The notes beneath the pieces were generated by a model that was not told the origin of the DNA, ran no database searches, and saw nothing but the letters and a program-made list of their open reading frames with translations. From Lingula anatina (Eukaryota; Animalia; Brachiopoda), in NCBI GenBank assembly GCA_051362555.1, contig CM120644.1, positions 12,236,567 to 12,300,566 on the forward strand: DNA of 64,000 nucleotides, read 5' to 3'. Numbering within the stretch: the stretch's first letter is position 1; every line of letters begins with the position of its first letter. The position numbers and the translations under genes were made by a program. Below are positions 37,479-50,000 of this stretch, piece by piece.

Positions 37479-39224
37479 CATTGTCCATACAACTCAGCTA
37501 CTGCGGTCGCACTGCTTAAATACGTACCTATATTAACAAAACCCGCAATCTTAAAGCTATTCTGCATTTAACAGAAGTTAGCGTACCTGGCATTATAAAA
37601 AATCGACATGGAAAAACAAGTGGAACAAAAGGTTCCGCTATAGTTTTACCCGCAAGTTTGTTCACTTGATTTAAAAGGCGCGGACTACCTGGGGGACATT
37701 TTTTAAAGTTTCACCCGGCAGCTTGTTTACTAGGTTTTATATAGATGCACACTAAGAGAGAGACTACCCGTTTCCAGACTATGTAGCGGTAAAAAGAGGT
37801 GCCTTGAGCATTGTAAGTTTTCAATTCTTTTCCTTCTTTTACCACGAGAGACGATAGCGTCATACTACATTATCATGATAAACCTCAGATGGAAGTAACA
37901 TTGGATAAAAAGCGCGGAATATACTGTAATTGCCTGGCGCTTAATTCATCAAATCATTATTTTGCTTATGAACTTTTGCCATTGAATCATCTGCACTAGA
38001 ATCTCTGATGTTTTTAGTTTGAACGAAGTTAAACGAATATATATTTACTAAGATTGTGTTCATATGGAAAGACAGTCGCCATATTTACACCCCTTTTACA
38101 CTATGCAGGAGTTTGGGTGTAGACCCGGAGCACGTTTAATATATCATCGAGCGGAAGGGCACCGATCTCTCGTGGATGAAGATAGGGCACTCACTACTAC
38201 TGAATCGTGTCTTTAACAGCGAAAGCAGATTGTAATATGTATAAATATTGTTCAAAACTGCCCTCCTTTCTAACAAAAGTTATACGCAATGGAGTCCATT
38301 GCCATTATTCCTGTCTTTCCCATAACTACACGTAGATTTATCAACCCTTGCCAGCAGTGCAGAGCTGGAGGACGTGGGTGCGACCCGTGCGGAGACATAC
38401 CGCCATTCATTATGAAAAAAAATCGAAGCGGTAGAGTTATTCTCACTACTAGACTCGAGGCAAAGCAAGAATGCACCACTACCCCTGTATGTATGTGTCC
38501 TCAAAGCCCCCGCATTTGACTGTGAACTTAGGTAAAAATCAATAACACAACAAAAGAAAAAAGCTCAACAAAAGCTCAGCGTTAGTTTAACCTGATACCT
38601 TGTTTACCAGATTTGTATGACGAGCAGCAGGGAAGACGGGAAATGTGGGACCATGTAACTGTCTAGAAGATGTCTTGAGCATTGTAAGGTAAAAATGCAT
38701 TATGCCATTTTTATTGTTTCATGGGAGGGCGTTAGATTACTATAATGTTCAGGTCCAAGTAAAATGATGAACAATTTTGAAGTTCACTCTTTTTAAGGGA
38801 CAAAGATATTGATCTAATTTCTGATCGTTACTGAATTTTGTTATTATCATGGAGCCCTCATCAACAATATCAGTCTGGTTGGGGAGTTGGAGATTTGTTT
38901 GATTTTTTCTCGGCGCATGAATTATTCTGCATTTGTAGCATTAACATCGCAGAATTTTCCTCAATATTCTATGTATTATATGGGCGTGTAGAAGTTTGGA
39001 TTAAGAAAGATTTGGGCGTTGTTAGGTAAATAAAATAAACATATTCTTTTATATTTTACATATATTTAGTATTTGCGTATAAGTGCACATGGAATCAATG
39101 CAAGGCAACAGTTTTAGAGGAGACAGTCACCTGTGTCGTTATTTGTTGAACCAAGTTTTGCTTATGAACACTTGCCATCGATGTTTACCCTAGTACAGTG
39201 TACCTCTGCTGTCATTGTAGTTAC

Positions 39225-39376
39225 CTGGGCTCCGTATCTCGAAAGGTTCGCTATGTTGCGCATGTGCGCAAGTGTCTCGATTCCATAACCGATTCTATTT
39301 CGAGATACGTTGCCATGGAATCGAGACACTTGCGCACGTGTGCAACATAGCGAACCTTTCGAGATACGGAGCCCAG
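39225..39376. mobile_element. Near-perfect 152-bp palindromic MITE (Harbinger-like ends)
   Basis: CTGGGCTCCGTATCTCGAAAGGTTCGCTATGTTGC ... GCAACATAGCGAACCTTTCGAGATACGGAGCCCAG; ~60-bp arms. Confidence 0.85.
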
Positions 39377-40407
39377 ATCTCCGTGTATTCAGCATTCATC
39401 GATTGTAATGTAGATATCAAATATAACGATCAATATGCTGTGATCGTGTCCTAAAAAATGAACACCCACCATTGTTCCCCCCCATGCTGCGCTGTGCGGA
39501 GGTCAAAGGGCACATCATCAAGGTTTAGAGTCGACTCTTTATCGAAATAGGAAGAAACGGTGTCTTAAAGTGTATATATAGTGTCTTAATGTGTATATAT
39601 AGTGATATGTTATTTTTCTTCAGAAATGCCATTTCTATCATTAAAACTATCATAAAGTAATCAATTCACGCTGCTTAATGTTCAGATCCGATAAATAGAT
39701 TTGCAGATATAATAGTTGTATTGTCAGCAGGCTATCCTCCCCTATCAATGTCATGCAAACCTTTAGAAGGTGTTTTATTGTAAAAGAATCAACGCTATTT
39801 GGTTAAAATGAAATATTTAATAAAAATGTTTACAAAACTAAAGAATGGAGGGCTCGTGTGTTATTAGCGCAGGTGTATATAGAAATAATATATTTCTTCC
39901 TTTTTGTCTATCGGTACATTTGAAAACACCCGAGCAACAATTCTTTTCTCTAAAAATGTTTTTTTTTGCAGACAAATGTTCATTTTTGGCCATTTGTTTC
40001 AAGTCGAGAATGTCAGAGACTTCGAAAAAAGCAGATTTTTTTGTAAATTTTTGAACTGGCTGGAATGGATCATAAATTATACTTATTACAATGAGAAATG
40101 TTTTTTAAAATTATCCTTTGAAAGTAAAATCTAAACCAACTTTGGGAGAGCATAGCTCTTAAAGTGTTTTTTTTTTTTGTTCACATATGTCATGTATACA
40201 GAGATTTTAGAGGACATGAAAAAGGGGAAAAAACAACAACGATTCAATGTAATCTTTCTGAGGGAACGCAATAATTACATGTATTACATTTGAATGAAAA
40301 CTTTGCAAGAGAACGCAATACTTTTTTACGTTTGAAAGCAATCTTTGTCAAGGAACGCAATAATTTTTACTTTCGGATAACAGTAAACATTATCATGTTT
40401 TGCAGAT

Positions 40408-41060
40408 GCTCCAAGGCTACCAATGCAAGTCCACGTGCATCATGCAGATACAGGACCTTAGTTGGGTTATTGGCTTTTGATAAGGTACATTTCTTCTCTA
40501 CTGTTCTTCTATCTCGCTATGTTAAATTCATAATGCCAACGGCATGCACATGCGCTTTAGTAGTTTTGCAACCAACGTTAGGGAACTGAAATTTTGTTTT
40601 TAAAGCTTAAGACCTTTGGAATGAAATTGTCGACATAACTACTTGGTAATTTTCAGCAGGACTGGAGAGTCTCACTCACCTGATTATTTGGTAAATGTCT
40701 TACCTAATTTTCATACATAATGAATTTTTAGCAAGAGAAATGGCATTTTGCATGTGCTTTAAATAAAGTGTGATCTCTCTCTCTTTTTGATAATTTCTGT
40801 ATTTCTCTATTTTCTAATTAATTTAGGAATGCGAGTCTTGGATGCAGATCCAACTCCTGCTGGTTCTTTAATCAAAACTTAAGTGAATTTAATTTTTTTT
40901 TTCACAAAAATGCTCTGAGCAGTTGAAACAGCTATTCGCTGTATACTAGTACATCAGAGAAATGGAATGAGGAAATACATGTACAGGGGTGGCAAAATTA
41001 AGCAATAAAATTTTCTGCAAAATTATGTGGTTTAATTTCAGGTATCCCAATATAATCAAT
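40408..41060 (+). other. Probable non-coding 5' exons of the ROCO gene (~40408-40483, ~40657-40690, 40827-40882, then acceptor at 41042)
   Basis: Pyrimidine-rich AG acceptors paired with GT donors (tttgcag|..ag|gtacat; tttcag|..g|gtaaat; tttag|..aa|gtgaat; tttcag|). The last small exon has a stop in frame with ATG 41061 and contains upstream ATGs. Confidence 0.4.
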
Positions 41061-44000
41061 ATGTCAGCAAACAAAGATTCACCAGAATGGAAAAAGCTTG
41101 AATTGTTGCAAAAGCTGGACAAAAATCCAATATACGCTGGGTCAGATGCAGAAGAAGCAAAGGGGTGGACAAGGCTCAATCTTCAAAGAATTGGAAGAAG
41201 AATTCCACAGAGTATACGTCGATGTATTAAACTTAGAATACTTGATATATCTGGTAATGGAAACCTAGGCCATGCAACATGGGATGCAATACACGCACTA
41301 ACAGGTCTAGAGGAGTTGAATGCATCAGCATGTGGAGTCAATGTGATCTCAATGAAATTCGATCAGCTGGCAAACCTAATTAAATTAGATCTTTCAAAAA
41401 ACAACTTGAAAGAATTCCCATCGTCAATATTTGAACTGAAGTCATTGGAAAAGCTTAACCTGGGCTATAACAACATCGCCACAGTTCCTCCACAGGCAAA
41501 GCAACTGAAACATCTTAAAAGCCTTGACCTGTCCCGAAACGAGCTGGAAGACTTCCCAGCACCAATATATGAGCTGGAGACACTAGAAGAGGTTAATGTG
41601 AGCTTTAACAACATTGCGGCAATTCTGCCACAGGTGGAAAAAATGAAGAATCTGAAGGTGCTAAAGCTGTTCAAGAACAACCTGAAAGAATTCCCAATGC
41701 CGGTGTGTGCACTTAAGACACTAGAAGAAGTTGACCTGAGCTTTTCCAACATCAGAACAACCCCATCAAAGGTAAAGCAATTAAAAAATCTGAAGATTTT
41801 GAAACTCTCTAACAACAATCTGGATGAATTCCCAATACCAGCATGCGAACTGGAGGCACTAGAAGAGGTTGACCTGGACAACAACAACATCACCACAATT
41901 CCGCCACAGGTTAAACAACTGAAGAATCTTAAGGTACTAAAGCTGTTAAAGAACAGACTGCGAGAATTCCCAAAACCAGTATGTGAGCTGGATACACTAG
42001 AAGAGGTCGACATGAGCCATAACAACATAACAACAGTGCAACCAGAGGTAAAACAGTTGAAAAAGCTGAAGAAGCTAAGGCTGAAAGACAACGACCTGAA
42101 AGAATTTCCAATAGCAGTATGTGAATTGGAGGCACTAGAAGAGGTCGGAATGAGCGATAATAAGATCACCACAGTTCCAACAGAGGTGATTCAACTGAAG
42201 AATTTGAAGTCTCTAAATCTGCAGAAGAACAAATTGGACCAATTTCCAATTTCAGTATGTCAGCTTATGACACTAGAAGAGGTTATCTTATCCAATAACA
42301 AGATCCCCACTGTTCCATGGTTGGTAAAACAACTGAAGAACCTGAAGATACTAAGGCTACAGTTCAACAAACTGAATGAATTTCCGGAACCGATATGTGG
42401 GATGGATTCTCTGGAGGAGGTCAACCTGGGCAACAACAGGATCTCCATTGTTCCATGGTGGGTAAAACAACTGAGGAACCTGAAGATACTAAGGCTACAT
42501 TGCAACAAACTGAATGAATTTCCGGGACCGATATGTGGGATGGAGTCTCTGGAGGAGGTTAACTTGTCCAATAACCAGATCCTGACAATTCCACTAGAAG
42601 CAAAACAACTTAAAAATCTGAAGGAACTAAGGTTGCGCAACAACAATTTGGTAAATATTCCTTTATCGTTGTGTGAGCTGAAGACACTAGAAGAGATTTA
42701 CCTGGACAATAACAAGATCAGTGCAGTCCCTCCACAAATAGAACAACTGAAAAAACTCAGGATACTAGGGCTGTGTAAGAACAATATAGATGAATTTCCA
42801 AAGCCTGTATGTGAACTGGAAACACTAGAAGTAGTTGACCTGGAAGGTAACAGCATCACCACAATTCCGCCAGAGGTTCGACAACTGAAGAATCTTAAGG
42901 TACTTAAGCTGAAAAACAACAGGCTACGAGAATTCCCAAAACCAGTATGTGAGCTGGATACACTAGAAGAGATTGACATGAGCCATAACAACATAACAAC
43001 ATTGCGACCAGAGGTAAAACAGTTGAAAAAGCTGAAGAAACTAAGACTGAACCACAACCATCTGAACGAATTTCCTGTTACACTATGTGAGCTGGAACCA
43101 CTAGAAGAGGTTTACTTGGACCATAACAACATAACAACAGTGCGACCTGAGGTAAAACAGCTGAAAAAGCTGAAGAAACTAAGACTGAGCCACAACAACC
43201 TGAAAGAATTTCCAGCTACACTATATAAACTGGAACCACTAGAAGAGGTTGACTTGGACCATAACAACATCACTATGGTTTCTTCAGAGGTTAAAAATCT
43301 ACAGAACCTTAAGATATTACGGATGTGCAACAACGGGCTGGATAAATTCCCTGTACCATTATGTAAGCTGGAGACACTAGAAGAGGCTTACTTGGACCAT
43401 AACAACATCACCACAGTCCCATCACAGGTAAAGCAACTGAAGAATTTGAGAAAAATATGGATGCGCAGCAACAATCTGGTCGAATTCCCAGTAACATTAT
43501 GTGAGCTGGAGAAAATTAAAGGAGTTTTCTTGGACAATAACAAGATCACCGCTCTCCCAGCTCTGACAACACTCAGCAGAATACGAAGTTTAAGTCTTAA
43601 GTCTAACAGTATTACTAAGATTTCAGAGGAAATAGGCAAAATGATGCAGCACTTAGAATCTCTTAACTTAGAAAACAACAAGTTGGAAAAATTACCTGAA
43701 GGGATGCGATTCCTATCATCTCTAAATGAGTTTTGCCTGGGGGGTAACACACTGATTCAGCCACCGGAAGAAGTAGTCAAAGAAGGCAGAGAGGCAGTGT
43801 TCCGATATCTTGAAGATCTGGCACAAACCAGAGCAGAGAAAGCATCAAGACTTCAGGTTCAGGTGCTAGGAGAAACTTGTGTAGGAAAAACAAGTCTGGT
43901 GGGAACACTCACAACGGGAGAGCCCTACTTGACCCTTGAAGCAGACAGAACGCATGTCCTGCAGCAAAAATCATGGGTGCCACAGGAGGATATCTTCTTG

Positions 44001-47000
44001 AATATCAATGACTTCGGTGGTCATTCAGTCTACAAAGTTGCACACAACTTTTTCTTGACCAAAAATGCATTATCTTTGGTTGTTTTTGATATCTGTTTGA
44101 ACATACCTGAGAAGTACCATCGTGATATAGGAACTTGGATTGAAAACATTTATTACAGATCACCAGAATCAAGAATTTTACTAGTAGGAACTCACGCAGA
44201 CTTCCTTAGTGTTAAAGAAATACAGACAAAGAAGGAAGATATCAAGGGAGCGTGGAAAGCACAATTAGAAAAGAGACAATCCAGATTGAAAGCAGCCTGT
44301 GACACGTTGCGTAAAAAAATGAGAAAACAGAAAGAGCTTACAGAGGCGTATCGTACTAAATTAGATCACATAAGAAAATCAATGAAAAACCCACCACAGG
44401 TTTGTGAAGACATATTTGTCACAAGTTCCAAATCACAATATGGAATTGAGAACCTTAAAAATGAATTGATCCGAATAGCAAAGCAAAAGGCCATCATATT
44501 ACCAGGATCATGGTTGAAAATAGTAGAGAACATCGAAAAAGCTAAACACAGTGGGACAGAATCTGTTTTGTCCATGGATTCCATTGGAGAAATAAACGAA
44601 GAACACGAACCTCCCCCTAAAGTTGCCAGAATTGCAGAGGCATCAACCAGCAAAGAACGAGACAAATCAGAGAGTCAGAGGATGGAAGATGTAATTTCGT
44701 TTCTGCATGATACTGGCGTGGTTTTGTGGTTCAAAGCCAATCCTTTGCTGCGACAGGTCATTTTTCACAAACAGGATGTGCTCATAAACCTCTTGAAGGC
44801 AGTCCTCCGCCATGATCTTGCATCCATCCTCGTATATGATACTAAACCCTTCAGTGAGAGATTTAGCGGACCGGGGTTTGAATCTGCAAAACAGGATGCG
44901 CTGAAACGAGGTATTTTGAGCACAACATTGCTTGAATGTTTGTGGGAGAAGTATGACCTAGGGACACCAGGATTTTTAGCAATGCAGAAATTACTGAAGG
45001 ACTTCGAGGTGTGCTATGTGGTTAAAGGCGAGGAAGAAGATATGATTCATTTTCCGTGGATCTTGGAAGAAGGTCGCCCAAAAGATCTTTCCTCCAAATG
45101 GCAGACTACACCCCTTCCCCGAGATGCATTGCAAATTTCCACCGAGGTCCATTTTGCCGGCCCCTGCCCAATAGGGCTGTATGAAACGGCTGCTGTACAT
45201 CTCCATGAACACTTGAAAAACTTCAAATCAACACGTATAGACTGGAAGGATGGTTTCTATGCCCAGCTTGGTGTTTATCTCCGAATGACACTTGAAAGGG
45301 AATGTGTAGGAAACCCAGCCAATGGAATACTAAGGCTTTCCATGCGGGGGGACAATCTTCACCAACTCAAAGAGTCTTACCTTAAGTTATTCAAGGACTT
45401 AACACAGTTGATAGAAAGAGAATGCCCTGGTGCAACTCGAGTTGAATATGTGGTGTGTCCACATTGTTTACATAATGAGGAAACATCTCCATCACTTTTT
45501 GAAATACCAGAGCGATTTCTTAATGTTTCACTGGAAGATAGGGCATGTTATCACCCTTGCCCAGAGGAAGATCCAAGTTTCATGGCCTCGGCGGATTTCT
45601 ATTATCCTGTGACGGAGGGTACGTTAATATTACAGTCAGTTATAAGCGGTAGTAATGTTATCCAAAATGTATGAAATTGACACATTATCAGTTGGCAGAA
45701 AACTTTGGAACTGAACATTCTACATTGTTTATTTTTAAAATAGTTTATTTAATATAACATGCTATTATTTTGGTAGGTGTCATGACCGATCTCCACAGTA
45801 CAACCCTGAGGATACATGGCGTACAAATGTATAAAGACATCAGTGGTCCATCCCGGCCCCTCCAGGAGATAATGAATCGACTTGTGAAAGAAAAGATACT
45901 CACAGAACAAGACCGGAGATCCATCCTAGATCCAGATGGAACAATCAATCTTTTCAGCATCCTTAAAGGAAAGAGGGACTCTGCGTTCTACATCTTCTGT
46001 GGAGCCTTACATGACAGTGGGAAACATGAAACTGCGAGTCTTCTGATGTAGGTTGACGTCTTGTTCCTACCAGCTATACTGAGTTTTAATGTGTTTATCA
46101 AGTTAGATATTTCCTGGGTTATTTTTCCATTTTTTTTTTTATTTACAGGCAATTGGTTCACATTTAATTATACCGGATTGGTTACTGACGTATCTTGTAA
46201 ATATAATTCAATCCATTATATGCCACCAGAAGACTCCCCCAGAAATGTTTGCTTGAAAGCAGTAACCAATTTCCAATTATTTCATATTTCACTAAAACTG
46301 CTTTCTTTATGTCAAATTTCTTTTATTTTGAATACATATTATGAACTTTATTGTAGGTTATCGGATTTTGCAGTGGGCCTTGGGGAAGATGGTCTCAGAG
46401 AAGCGCTGACAACTTTGTTGCACGAGAGTGTACTAACACAGGAGGAGGTGAACTCTGTGCTTTATAAATCAAGGCAACAGCTTTCTCGTAAGGTGGGAGT
46501 TCTTCTTCAAAAATTGAGTGACAAAGTTCGCTTTTTACGGGGTGAGCCCTTTTCTAATTTTAAGAAAGTTGTATATGAGATTGAAAGGAAACAGCGACTG
46601 GAAAAGATGTACCCTTCAAACTCACCTGAGCGTAATAAGCTGGAATTGCTTCAAAAGCTCGACAGAGACCCAAAATATGCTGATCCAGATTCGGAAGAAA
46701 AAGAGATATGGAAAAGCCTAAATCTACAAAGAATTGGAACCAGAATACCACAGAGTATATCTCGCTGTGTCAACATTGAAAGACTTGATATATCCGGTAA
46801 TGGAACCCTAGACAAGGCAACATGGGAGGCCATACACACACCAAGAGTTCTAGAAGAGTTAAAAGCATCTGAGTGTGGAGTAAATGCAGCCTCTTTAAAA
46901 ATCGATCATCTGACAAGCCTAAAAAAATTAGAACTGTCCAAGAACCACTTGAATGAATTACCATTATCAATATTTACGCTTGAAAGACTGATAGAGCTTG

Positions 47001-50000
47001 ACCTTAGCCATAACAACATCACCACCATTCCACCAGAGGTGCAACGACTAAAGAATCTGAAGAAATTAAACATGTCCCACAACAGTTTGGAAGAAATCCA
47101 GACTCCAGTATGTGAGCTGGAGACATTAGAAGAGCTCAACCTGAGTCATAACAAAATTGCCACAGTTCCACCAGAGATAAAACAACTGAGGAGTTTGAAA
47201 GAAATTAACCTATCCAACAACAAGCTGAACGAATTCCCGATCACTTTATTTGAGCTGGAAACACTAAAATCTGTTTGGATGGATCATAACTACATAACCA
47301 AATTCCCGGTCTTGACAAAAACCAGCAAAATAGGCTTTCTTAGTCTAAATTCTAACAATATTATTGATGTTTCTGAGAAAATAGCTGATATGATGATGAA
47401 CCTCGTCACTCTTGACTTAGGAAACAACAAATTGAAGAGATTGCCCGTGCAAATGCATCTCCTGTCATCTCTACGTGAACTTCACCTGACAGGCAACAAA
47501 TTAATTCAGCCGCCACAAGATGTAGCAAACGAGGGCAAGGAGCCGGTGTTCCGGTATCTTGTAGATCTAGCAAAAAGTTCAGCACAGGAAGCATCGATGC
47601 TCCAGGTCCAAGTGCTAGGAGAAACTTGTGCAGGGAAGACAAGTCTGGTGGGAACACTCACAAGGGGAGAAAGCTGCTTGACCCCCGAAGAAAACAGAAC
47701 ACATGTCCTGCAGCAACAATCATGGATGCCACAACAGGATGTTATCTTGAATATCAATGACTTTGGTGGTCATCCAGTCTACAAAACTGCATACATTTTC
47801 TTTTTGACCAAAGAATCCTTGTCCTTGGTTGTATTCAATATCTGCTTAGACATAGTAAAGGAGTACCATAGTGTTATAGGAACATGGATTGACAAAATCT
47901 ATTACCGATCACCAGAATCAAGAATTTTACTAGTAGGAACTCATGCAGACCTCGTTACTGTTGAAAAGATACAGACAAAGAAGGAAGATATCATGAGAGC
48001 ATGGAAAGTACAACTGAAAAAGAGACAATCCAGCTTGAAAGCAGCCTATGACAACTTGGATGAAAAAGTGAGAAAGCAGAAAGTTCTTACAGATGTGTAT
48101 CGTACTAAGTTGGATCACATAAGAAAATCAATGAAAAATCCACCAAAGGTTTGTGAAGACATATTTGTCACAAGTTCGAAATCAATATATGGAATCGAAG
48201 ACCTAAAAAATGAATTAATCCGAATAGCAAAGCAAAAGGTCATCATATTACCAGGATCATGGTTGACAATTGTAGAGAACATTGAAAAAGCTAAACACAG
48301 TGGAACAGAATCTGTATTGCTCATGGATTCCATTGGAGAAATGAGCAAAGATCACGAACCTCCCCCTAAAGTCGCCAGAATTGAAGAGGCATCAACCAGC
48401 AAAGAACAAGACAAAGCAGAGTGTCAGAGGATAGAAGATGTCATTTCGTTTCTGCATGAAACTGGTATGGTTTTGTGGTTCAGAGTAAACCCTTTGCTGC
48501 GACAGTTCATCTTTCACAAGCCAGATGTGGTTATAAACATATTAAAGGCCGTCCTCCGTCGTGACCTTAAATCCGTCCTAGTATATGATACTCAACCCTT
48601 CTGTGCCAGGTTCAACAGACAGAAGTTTGAATCTGCAAAACAGGATGTGCTGAAACGAGGTATTTTGAGCACAACATTACTTGAATGTTTGTGGGAGAAG
48701 TATGACTTAGGGACACCAGGCTTTTGTGCAGTGCAGGAGTTACTGGAGCACTTTGAGGTGTGCCATGTTGTCAAAGGTGAGAAAGAAGACAAATTTCATT
48801 TCCCCTGGATCTTGGAAGAAGGTCGCCCAAAAGATCTTTCTTCCAAATGGCAGACGAGACCACTTCCCCGAGACGCACTTCAAATTTCCACTGAAGTTCA
48901 TTTTGCTGGTCCCTGCCCAACTGGACTGTATGAAATGGCTGCTGTCCATTTTCATGGATATTTGGGAAACTTCAAATCAACACGTAGAGATTGGAAAGAT
49001 GGTTTCTATGTCCAGCTTGGTGATTGCCTCAGAATGACACTTGAAAGGGAATGTGTGGGAAACGGAATACTAAAGCTTACTATGCAGGGGGATGATCTTA
49101 ACCAACTCAAAGAGTCTTGCCTTAAGGTATTCAAGGACTTGGCACGATTGATAGAAAGAGAAAGTCCTGGTGCCACTCGAGATGAGTACGTGGTGTGTCC
49201 GCACTGTGTTCATGAAGAAAAAACACCTCCACCTCTTTTTGAAATACCAGAGCAATTTCTCAATGTTCCATTGGAAAATCAGGCATGCTATCACCCTTGT
49301 CCAGAGGAAGAGCCAAGTTTTATGGCCTCAGCAGATTACTATTACCCAGTAACTGAGGGTAAGTTTATATCACTATTAGTTATGGAGTAGTATGTTAATT
49401 GTGCTGGAATTACACAAGATGGGTTAAGTTGTCAAGTTTGAGTGTGAAAGAAAACGGTCAAATTATATCTTTTATTACACATAGCACATTTGTTCACTTG
49501 ATATCAGTGGGACATGAGCTTGTATCTTGGTTACTGTTCCATATAGGTAACATGACCGATCTCCACCGTACGGCCCTAAGGATACATGGTGTGCAATTGT
49601 TGAAAAACATCAGCGGTCGATTTAGGCATCTCTGCGAGATATTGAGTCGCCTTGTGAGAGCTGGGATATTCACAGAGGAAGACCGGAGATCCATCCTAGA
49701 GCCAGATGGAACAATCAATCTTTTCAGCATTCTTAAAAGAAAGAGGGACTCGGCGTTCTACATCTTCTGTGGAGCTATACATGACAGTGGGAACCACGAA
49801 ACTGCCAGCCTCCTCAGGTATATATATATTTTTTCCAAGTTTTGTTAGTTTCGTATTAAACACTATCACCTAAATAGGTAACAGCGCCTTTTTAGTATTA
49901 ACGTTGCATTTGTTGGGTTGTTAAATAAATGTCATTGCGTCTGTCACATACCATTATCAGTTTGATTGTTTTAGTATCTTGAAAATATCCCACACTCTGT

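Noticed and set aside
40250-40375. Three degenerate ~45-bp repeats containing GAACGCAATA upstream of ROCO
   Set aside because: Too short and degenerate to assign a function.
41465-49294. Many - strand ORFs rich in Ser/Phe/Leu
   Set aside because: Antisense shadows of the repetitive LRR/ROC-COR coding strand.
40989-49390. Treating ORFs 40989-45674 and 46061-49390 as two independent single-exon genes
   Set aside because: Their extreme ends are intronic. Conserved donors at 45619/49359 and paired CARD exons show splicing, and ORF 2 begins with unit 1's second CARD.
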